From: Anaerolineales bacterium
GTDB lineage: Bacteria > Chloroflexota > Anaerolineae > Anaerolineales > UBA11579
DNA length: 64,000 bases
Direction: 5' to 3'
Assembly: GCA_040902205.1 (NCBI GenBank)
Contig: JBBDXR010000033.1
Coordinates: 69,673-133,672 of the forward strand
The notes below the pieces were generated by a model. That model had not been told where the DNA came from, made no database searches, and saw only the letters and a program-made list of their open reading frames with translations. The position numbers were made by a program, and so were the translations under genes. Below, piece after piece: positions 18,653-25,354 of the stretch. Each line of letters starts with the position of its first letter. Position 1 is the stretch's first letter.

Positions 18653-21600
18653 ATGGCAAAGAAGAAGTCAGCTCCATCCACAGCGACCCCTAAGAAGACC
18701 CGGAAGCCAGCCGCTAAGCCTGCGGCGTTTTCCACGGATTTCCAATCCATCATCGTCCACCTGCAACAATACTGGGCGGATTGGGGCTGCGTGCTCTGGC
18801 AGCCCTACAACGAGAAGGTGGGCGCTGGCACTATGAACCCGGCCACCTTCCTGCGCGTGCTGGGTCCCGAACCGTGGAACGTGGCCTACGTGGAGCCTTC
18901 CGTGCGCCCGGATGACGGCCGCTATGGTGAGAACCCCAATCGCATGCAGCAGCACACCCAGTTCCAGGTGATCCTCAAGCCGGATCCCGGCGATCCGCAG
19001 GAGATCTACCTGCGCTCGCTGCAGGCCATCGGCATTGACATCCGCAAGCACGATATCCGTTTTGTCGAAGACAACTGGGCCTCGCCTGCTCTAGGCGCCT
19101 GGGGCCTGGGCTGGGAAGTGTGGCTAGACGGTTTGGAGATCACCCAATTCACCTACTTCCAGCAGGCCGGCGGCATCACGCTCGACCCCGTTTCCGTAGA
19201 GATCACCTATGGCCTTGACCGCATTGCCATGGCGCTGCAGGGCGTCCAATACGTAGGCGAGCTGCGCTGGGATAAGCAGCGGAACTGGGGTGACCTGCTC
19301 ATCCAAGGCGAGCGCGAACATAGCAAATACTATTTCGAGGTGGCCGACACGGGCCGCCTGCGCCAGATGGCCGAGCTCTACGAGGCCGAGGCCAAGGCCG
19401 CCCTGGAAGCCGGGCTCTTGCTGCCCGCCTACGATTACGTGCTCAAGACCTCGCATGCCTTCAACGTGCTGGATGCGCGCGGCGCAATCGGCGTTACCGA
19501 GCGCCAGGCCTATTTCCGGCGCATGCGCGGCCTCTCGGCCAAAGTCGCCGAAGCCTACGTGGCTGACCGTCAGCGCCAGGAATTCCCCTGGCTGGAGAGC
19601 GCGCCACCTTCCGTCAGTGTAGGGGCGGCTCTAAGACCCGCCCAGTCTTCCTCGAAGAAGATCCAAGGCCCCAAACAAGCGGCCGATTTCCTGCTGGAGA
19701 TCGGCACCGAGGAGCTGCCGCCCAGCGATTTGGAGTCAGCCCGCCAGCAGCTTTCGGCTGCCCTCGGCAGCTTGCTGGCCGATGAACATGTGGACCACGG
19801 CGAGCTCAATGTTACAGGTACGCCGCGCCGTTTAGTAGCGCACATCGCCAAGCTGGCGCCGCGCCAACCCGACCGCGACGAGGTGGTGAAAGGCCCGCCG
19901 GCCGCCCGCGCTTTTGGCGCCGACGGCTCGCCGACCCCGGCGGCCGAAGGCTTTGCCCGCGGCCAAGGGGTGGCGGTCTCCACTCTCAAGGTCGAGGAGA
20001 TCGATGGCGGCAAGTACGTTGTGGCACATAAGCACCAGAAGGGCCGCAGCGCCGGCGAGGTGCTGGCCGCCGAACTGCCCGGCCTGATCGCTTCCATTAA
20101 GTTTGACCAATCCATGCGCTGGAATGCCAGCGGGGAGGCCTTCTCGCGGCCCGTGCGCTGGCTGCTGGCCTTATATGGTGAGTATCTCGTACCCTTCGGC
20201 TATGCCAGCCTGCAAAGCGGCAACGCCAGCCGCGGCCTGCGTTTGTCCAAGGGCGAGTATTTCAAGGTCACATCGCCCAAAGATTACTTTGCCCAGATAA
20301 AGAAGCAAGGCATCCAGCTGGATGTGGATGCGCGCCGTGAGGCCATTCGCCGCCAGGTGGAAAAACTGGCGGCAGCCGCGGGCGGCCGCGTGCCGGACGA
20401 TGCCGACCTGCTGAACGAGGTCACTAATCTTGTCGAGGCTCCTACCGCCCTAATTGGCGAATTCGACGCTTCCTTCCTCGAACTACCCCGCGAGGTGCTG
20501 ATCGCGGTGATGAAAAAGCACCAGCGCTATTTCGCCGTGGAAAAGGACGGCATCTTACTCAACAAGTTCATCGCCGTGGGCAACGGCGACTTCGACGCCA
20601 GGGCGGTCACCGCCGGCAATGCCGATGTGATCCGCGCCCGCTTTGCCGACGCGGCCTACTTCATCAAGCGCGATCGCGAAAGCAAGCTGGCAGATCTTGT
20701 GGATAAGCTGCGCCAGTTGACCTTCCAGAAGGATCTTGGCTCGATGTGGGACAAGACCCAGCGCGTCGCTGCGCTCACCAAAGAGCTGGCCGGCAAACTG
20801 AATTTGAGCGCCCAGGAGCAGCAGATCGCCGAGCGCGCCGCGCAGTTGTGTAAGGCCGACCTGGTTAGCAAAATGGTGGTCGAAATGACCTCGCTGCAGG
20901 GCGTGATGGGCAAGTATTACGCCCTCGATTCCGGGGAGCCGCCCGCAGTGGCCGAGGCCATCTACGAGCATTACCTGCCGCGCTTTGCCGGCGATACAGC
21001 GCCAAAAGGCAAGGCTGGCTTGGTTGTGGGCTTGGCCGATCGCCTGGATACCCTGACCGGCCTGTTCGCCATGGGCCTCGAGCCCACCGGCGCCAAGGAT
21101 CCTTTCGCCCAACGCCGCGCCGCCATCGGCCTGGTGCAGAGCTTGATAGCGGCCGATCTCGATTGCGACCTGCGCACCTGGATCGCAGAAGCCGCCGCGC
21201 TGCACACGGTGCTGGTTAACGATGAAGCCAAGGCAAAAGTGCTGGACTTCATCGTGCAGCGCCAGCGCGCCCTCTTGTTGGAGGGCGGTGCGCGCCATGA
21301 TGTCGCCGATGCGGTGCTGGCGGCTCAAGGCCATAATCCGGCCGCGGCCAAACGGAGGGTAAATGAGCTTTCCAAAACAATCCACGGAACTCTCGCGGTT
21401 ACGCTGGGCCCTGCTACGTTAAAAGCCACGGGAAAGGTGACAGATAAGGCGATTAATAAGCCTCGGCCAACCGATGAACGATGGCAAAAAACTCTTGACG
21501 CCTTCTCCCGCTGCGTGCGCATTACGCGCGACCTGAAAGAAACGTACACAGTGACCGAGGCGGCGTTTGTGGACGAGGGCGAGAAGGCTTTGTTCTCTGC

Positions 21601-21817
21601 CCTGCGGCAAGCGGAGCAGACAACCAGGCAACCAGGTTCCGTCGACGATTTCCTAAATGCATTCACGCCCATGATCCCGGCCATCGCGCGCTTCTTCGAT
21701 GAGGTGTTGGTGATGGCCGAGGACGAGCAACTCAAGCGCAATCGCCTGGGTCTGCTGCAGCGCGTGGCCGCCTTGGCCGATGGTGTGGCGGATTTCTCTA
21801 AGCTCGAAGGATTTTAG
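18653..21817 (+). CDS. glyQS: fused glycine--tRNA ligase alpha+beta subunits
   Basis: 1054-aa ORF. The alpha module ([31 protein letters not shown]..) is joined to the beta module ([12 protein letters not shown]..) by a ~30-aa linker. The N-terminus is Lys-rich ([25 protein letters not shown]). TATAAT at 18638-18643 lies only 9 nt before the ATG. Confidence 0.9.
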   Translation: MAKKKSAPSTATPKKTRKPAAKPAAFSTDFQSIIVHLQQYWADWGCVLWQPYNEKVGAGTMNPATFLRVLGPEPWNVAYVEPSVRPDDGRYGENPNRMQQHTQFQVILKPDPGDPQEIYLRSLQAIGIDIRKHDIRFVEDNWASPALGAWGLGWEVWLDGLEITQFTYFQQAGGITLDPVSVEITYGLDRIAMALQGVQYVGELRWDKQRNWGDLLIQGEREHSKYYFEVADTGRLRQMAELYEAEAKAALEAGLLLPAYDYVLKTSHAFNVLDARGAIGVTERQAYFRRMRGLSAKVAEAYVADRQRQEFPWLESAPPSVSVGAALRPAQSSSKKIQGPKQAADFLLEIGTEELPPSDLESARQQLSAALGSLLADEHVDHGELNVTGTPRRLVAHIAKLAPRQPDRDEVVKGPPAARAFGADGSPTPAAEGFARGQGVAVSTLKVEEIDGGKYVVAHKHQKGRSAGEVLAAELPGLIASIKFDQSMRWNASGEAFSRPVRWLLALYGEYLVPFGYASLQSGNASRGLRLSKGEYFKVTSPKDYFAQIKKQGIQLDVDARREAIRRQVEKLAAAAGGRVPDDADLLNEVTNLVEAPTALIGEFDASFLELPREVLIAVMKKHQRYFAVEKDGILLNKFIAVGNGDFDARAVTAGNADVIRARFADAAYFIKRDRESKLADLVDKLRQLTFQKDLGSMWDKTQRVAALTKELAGKLNLSAQEQQIAERAAQLCKADLVSKMVVEMTSLQGVMGKYYALDSGEPPAVAEAIYEHYLPRFAGDTAPKGKAGLVVGLADRLDTLTGLFAMGLEPTGAKDPFAQRRAAIGLVQSLIAADLDCDLRTWIAEAAALHTVLVNDEAKAKVLDFIVQRQRALLLEGGARHDVADAVLAAQGHNPAAAKRRVNELSKTIHGTLAVTLGPATLKATGKVTDKAINKPRPTDERWQKTLDAFSRCVRITRDLKETYTVTEAAFVDEGEKALFSALRQAEQTTRQPGSVDDFLNAFTPMIPAIARFFDEVLVMAEDEQLKRNRLGLLQRVAALADGVADFSKLEGF
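19618..19643 (+). repeat. repeat family B copy inside the glyQ-glyS linker
   Basis: TGTAGGGGCGGCTCTAAGACCCGCCC, translated in-frame as (S)VGAALRPAQ. Confidence 0.85.
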
Positions 21818-21837
21818 ATAAGGGTAGCGTTGCTGTT

Positions 21838-21899
21838 TGTCATTCCGATGAAGCCCCATTCGCCTCGCTCAAGGCTAGTTCTGGCCGAAGAGCGATCCC
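21838..21899 (+). repeat. repeat family A copy (TGTCATTCCGATGAAGCC...CGAAGAGCGATCCC)
   Basis: Intergenic, after glyQS. It has the shared head GTCATTCCGA and tail CGAAG..GATCCC. Confidence 0.6.
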
Positions 21900-21917
21900 T
21901 TTGGGGAATAACTATTA

Positions 21918-22305
21918 CTAGCCCCTCAACGGAGCGTTGATCTCGATGAGGTTGCCTTCCGGATCGCGCAGATGCGCCACGCGCAGTACCCAGGCCTCCT
22001 GGTCGTGCGGCTCGGTCGTGAAGATCACTCCCTTGCCGCTCAGCTCACGGAAACTTGCGTCCACATCCGCCACCTCGAAGGTCAACGCGACTTTGTCCAC
22101 GGGTTCGTCGGCTGCCAGGGCTACGCTGGCCACGCTTTCCATCAGCTCGCGTTTGTAGAGGGACAGAATGCAGTCGCCCGCGTCGAATTCGTAAATAGAT
22201 GCCTTCGACGATCGCCAGCGTTTCTATCAACCCCAGCTTGTCTTTGTAAAAAGCACGGCAGGCGTCAATATCATTCACGAGCAAGCGGAGGTGGGTTAGT
22301 TTCAT
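21918..22305 (-). pseudogene. glyoxalase/VOC-family protein interrupted by a +1 frameshift (or a sequencing error)
   Basis: Track ORFs 22045..22305 and 21918..22142 are the two halves. Removing one base from the AAA run at 22193-22195 restores ..VEGIY-YEFDAGDCILSLYKRELMESVA.. and a ~128-aa VOC protein. Confidence 0.7.
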
Positions 22306-22307
22306 CC

Positions 22308-23081
22308 TTATCCTTTGTCAGGCGTCTGGCGCACGCGCCTTAGAAAGCGCGGCGAATTCAAGCTTCGTTCCAATAGATACGTAACGTACGCGTTCATCAG
22401 CGCTTCCAGTTCGCGTTGCACACCCTCGTTCGGCTTCGCCCGCCGCGCTTCCTCGTAGTCGCTGCGCTGCAGGTGGCGCAGCACTTTGAGCGCCGCCAGC
22501 GAAATAGGCTGCGCCTCACGATTGCGCGGTCCGCAATCCGGGCACAATACGCCGCCCTGCTCGAGCGAAAAGTACTGGTTCTGCGGCTGGATCGGCTTGC
22601 GGCAATTCAAACAATTCTGCAGCTCGGGGCGGAAGCCCACCTGGTCCAGCAAACGCACTTCGTAATAGCGCACCGCCAGCTGCAAATCATCGCCGGCAGC
22701 CAGCCGCGCCAGGGTATCGCGCAGCAAGCGGTAGACGCCGCGGTTCTCGTCATGATCAGCGCTGAAGCGATCCAGGATTTCCACCACATAGGAGGCGTAG
22801 CCCAGCGCTTCCAGGTTCTCGGTAAGCGCCGAGTTCGTCACCACAGCTTCGGCCTGGTCCACTACCGCCAAGTCGCGGCCCTTGCCCAGTTGCAAGCGGA
22901 CCACACTGAACGGCTCCAGGTGGCCGCCCTTGCGCGAGCCCGGCTTGCGGGCGCCTTTGGCCAGGGCGTGGAGCTTGCCTTGCTCACGGCTGTACAGCGT
23001 CAACAGGCGATCGGCTTCGCCGAAATCGCTGTGCTTGAGCACCACAGCTTCCACCCGTTGGCTGCGAGGTTCGCGCGGCAT
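22308..23081 (-). CDS. recO: DNA repair protein RecO
   Basis: ATG at 23081. N-terminus MPREPRSQRVEAVVLKHSDFGEADRLLTLYSREQGKLHALAKGARK and Cys motif CLNC..CPDC. The 136-aa N-terminal extension of the track ORF is rejected. Confidence 0.9.
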   Translation of the reverse strand: MPREPRSQRVEAVVLKHSDFGEADRLLTLYSREQGKLHALAKGARKPGSRKGGHLEPFSVVRLQLGKGRDLAVVDQAEAVVTNSALTENLEALGYASYVVEILDRFSADHDENRGVYRLLRDTLARLAAGDDLQLAVRYYEVRLLDQVGFRPELQNCLNCRKPIQPQNQYFSLEQGGVLCPDCGPRNREAQPISLAALKVLRHLQRSDYEEARRAKPNEGVQRELEALMNAYVTYLLERSLNSPRFLRRVRQTPDKG

Positions 23082-23181
23082 GAGGAGAGTATACAAGGAT
23101 GAAGGATGAGGGCGGAAGAGTGAAGAGAAAGCCAAAGGGCGCTCGGCGCTGTGCCCGGCAATTGACAAAATCGGCCAACTG

Positions 23182-23205
23182 TAATATCCTAGCACTAGGA
23201 TATTA
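23182..23205. promoter_or_regulatory. perfect 11-bp inverted repeat TAATATCCTAG-CA-CTAGGATATTA (candidate PadR operator)
   Basis: Read directly from the sequence. It ends on the first base of the padR ATG (23205). TTGACA at 23162-23167 lies upstream. Confidence 0.6.
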
Positions 23206-23756
23206 TGACGAACGCGGAACTTGCCATTCTCGGCCTGGTTGCCGAGGCGCCCCGCCATGGCTACGAGATGGAGCAGCTCATCGAGCAGCGCGGCATGCGC
23301 AATTGGACCGAGGTGGGCTTCTCCTCGATCTACTACATCCTCGCCAAGCTGGAGCAGCGCGGCTGGATTAGCAGCCACCGCGAACCCGCTGTGGGCCGCG
23401 GCCCCGCCCGCAAGGTCTACACCATCCAGCCCAAAGGGCAAGCCGCCTGGCGGCAGGCCGCGTTGGATTTGCTTTCGGCGCCCAGCCAAGCTTCCCCGTT
23501 CCTGCTGGGGCTGGCCGGTTACCCCGGCCTAAGCCCGCAGGAAGCCGTCACCGCACTGCGCGAGTACCGCCGCGCGGTGATCAAGCGCCGCGACGTAGTG
23601 CAGGAGACCTGGCAGCGCGGCCAGCAGCTGCCGGTGTTCCTGGAAGGCATGTTCGAATACGGCTACAACCTGGCCCAGGCCGAGATCGAATGGCTGGACC
23701 GCTACATCCCGCGACTGGAGAGTCAGATAACGGAGGATCATAGTGAAGTTGATTAA
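23205..23756 (+). CDS. PadR-family transcriptional regulator
   Basis: N-terminal winged helix ELAILGLVAEAPRHGYEMEQLIEQRGMRNWTEVGFSSIYYILAKLEQRGWI. Confidence 0.85.
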   Translation: MTNAELAILGLVAEAPRHGYEMEQLIEQRGMRNWTEVGFSSIYYILAKLEQRGWISSHREPAVGRGPARKVYTIQPKGQAAWRQAALDLLSAPSQASPFLLGLAGYPGLSPQEAVTALREYRRAVIKRRDVVQETWQRGQQLPVFLEGMFEYGYNLAQAEIEWLDRYIPRLESQITEDHSEVD

Positions 23757-23760
23757 CGGA

Positions 23761-23787
23761 TTAACCGATTATCAATTAATCGGTTAA
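23761..23787. promoter_or_regulatory. 11-bp inverted repeat TTAACCGATTA-TCAAT-TAATCGGTTAA
   Basis: Read directly from the sequence, between the padR stop and the GTG at 23817. It is preceded by a related half-site GATTAACGGA. Confidence 0.45.
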
Positions 23788-23816
23788 TCAAATCCCTTCA
23801 TAGCGCAGGAGTTGAC

Positions 23817-24452
23817 GTGAAAAAGCTCGACCTCAAGAGGCAATACAAGCATCTCTACAACCCAACCCCCAAGGAGGTCAGCGTCGTGGAGGTGCCCCGG
23901 TTCAACTTCATCATGGTCGATGGCACCATCCCGGCCAACACGCCGGTGGGCGAGGCGCCGGATTACTTGGGCGCCCTAGAGACCCTGTATGGCCTCTCCT
24001 ACACACTGAAGTTCATGATCAAAAAGCGCAAGGTGAACCCGATCGATTATCCGGTAATGCCGCTGGAAGGCTTGTGGTGGACCAAAGACAGCCACCTGAA
24101 ATTCACCGTGAGCCATTCGGACCCTTGGTTCTTCACCGCCCTGATCACGCAGCCGGAACCGGTTACCGTGGCCCTGTTCGCCGAAGCCCGCGAACAACTG
24201 CGCGCCAAGAAAAATCCGGCACTGTTGGATCGGGCGCGCTTTGAAGCCTACGAGGAAGGCCTATCGATGCAGGTCATGCACCTCGGCCCCTATTCCGAAG
24301 AGCCGGCCACCATTCAGCGCATGGTGGCCTTCGCAGCCGAGAACGGCTACCGCACCCACGGCAAACACCACGAGATCTACCTGAGCGACCCGCGGCGTGC
24401 AAAACCAGAGAAACTAAAGACAGTATTGAGGCATCCGATTAAAAAGAGCTAG
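23817..24452 (+). CDS. GyrI-like small-molecule-binding domain protein
   Basis: 211-aa ORF with a GTG start. Motifs: LKRQYKHLY.P, EVPRFNFIMVDG, PLEGLWW, MQVMHLGPYSEE, HHEIYLSDPRR. Confidence 0.75.
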   Translation: MKKLDLKRQYKHLYNPTPKEVSVVEVPRFNFIMVDGTIPANTPVGEAPDYLGALETLYGLSYTLKFMIKKRKVNPIDYPVMPLEGLWWTKDSHLKFTVSHSDPWFFTALITQPEPVTVALFAEAREQLRAKKNPALLDRARFEAYEEGLSMQVMHLGPYSEEPATIQRMVAFAAENGYRTHGKHHEIYLSDPRRAKPEKLKTVLRHPIKKS

Positions 24453-24486
24453 CTCGCAATCGGTAATGGGGCGTCGCTCAGACTGG

Positions 24487-25305
24487 CTAGCTGGCAAGCC
24501 ACGTTTGATACAAGGCCAGGTTGCCCAGCTTGCCGTCCGAGAAGAAGCTGTCCACTTGCTGGAAGCCGGCCTTCTGCGCAAGTTCCGCCATCTCCCCTTC
24601 GCTGAAATGGTGCACGTAGCGCAGGCCGCTTCCGCCGCTGCGCCAGTCCAGCAGGAAGTCCCCCTCATCCATAACCGTGGCGCTCAAGCCCACGGTTTCC
24701 CAGGGTTGGATGCGGGTGCGCAGCCGCGGACTGTTCAGGAATTGCCAATTGGAGAGAACGAATCTTCCGCCTGTGTAGGGGCGGGACTCAGACCCGCCCG
24801 TCTTTGCGGTAGCCAGCAGCCCTCGCATTTGGGTAAGGAACTGCAGGCGCAGCGCTCGGCTGGGAATGTGGTGCAGGACGGCAAAGGCAAGCACATAATC
24901 GAAGCGGAGACTGGAGATTGGAGATTGGAGATGCCAATCTGGGCTGATCAGATCCGCTTGGACCCAATGGGCTTCCATATTCCCTGACCTATTGATGTCG
25001 GAAGTTGAACGTTGGACCTTGGACTTGGCTGCTTCCATCAACTCCTCGCTGGAATCTAGGCCCACATACCGCCCGCGGTGACCGCGGCGCTGCAGTTCGG
25101 CGGCCACGCCTCCGTTGCCGCAGCCGAGGTCCAGGATCTCAGCCTGCGCTGGCACCTCCTCCAGCACGCGCAACACCCCCGGCTGCAAGCGCCCGCGGCT
25201 GGCCGAGAACGGCGCGGCCAGGCTTTGATAGAATTGTCTATTCAGGTCGACGAGTCGCTGAGCGATGACGGCATCCACGGCCTGATTATAGGACTTGACC
25301 GTCAT
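24487..25305 (-). CDS. class I SAM-dependent methyltransferase, Trm9-like
   Basis: ATG at 25305. FYQSLAAPFSASRGRLQPGV..ILDLGCGNG, FDYVLAFAVLHHIP and LRYVHHFSEGEMAELAQKAGF parallel yeast Trm9 VYNEIAPHFSQTRYKPWPIV..IDVGCGNGKY, FDFAISIAVVHHW and YRYYHLYREGELAEDCRQAG (from memory). Confidence 0.7.
   Translation of the reverse strand: MTVKSYNQAVDAVIAQRLVDLNRQFYQSLAAPFSASRGRLQPGVLRVLEEVPAQAEILDLGCGNGGVAAELQRRGHRGRYVGLDSSEELMEAAKSKVQRSTSDINRSGNMEAHWVQADLISPDWHLQSPISSLRFDYVLAFAVLHHIPSRALRLQFLTQMRGLLATAKTGGSESRPYTGGRFVLSNWQFLNSPRLRTRIQPWETVGLSATVMDEGDFLLDWRSGGSGLRYVHHFSEGEMAELAQKAGFQQVDSFFSDGKLGNLALYQTWLAS
24774..24799 (+). repeat. repeat family B copy inside the methyltransferase CDS
   Basis: TGTAGGGGCGGGACTCAGACCCGCCC, read on the minus strand as ..KTGGSESRPYT.. 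within the protein. Confidence 0.8.
24913..24932. repeat. heptamer tandem repeat GGAGATT x3 (last copy 6 nt) inside the methyltransferase CDS
   Basis: Read directly from the sequence. It encodes ..LQSPISS.. on the minus strand. Confidence 0.8.
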
Positions 25306-25337
25306 TGCGAGCGAGTTTGGCAAGCGAAGCAATCTCA
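25301..25337 (+). repeat. repeat family A copy (GTCATTGCGAGCGAGTTTGGCAAGCGAAGCAATCTC)
   Basis: It lies in the 49-nt Trm9-like/elp3 divergent spacer. Its GTCAT head supplies the minus-strand ATG at 25305. Confidence 0.75.
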
Positions 25338-25354
25338 CGGCCGGTTCTGCGAAG

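Noticed and set aside
24913-24932. Short tandem repeats and clustered palindromes considered as a CRISPR array (also 41138-41207 and 47428-47490).
   Set aside because: The units are 7 nt, or are single or paired copies of dispersed families. There is no regular repeat-spacer periodicity and there are no cas genes in the window.
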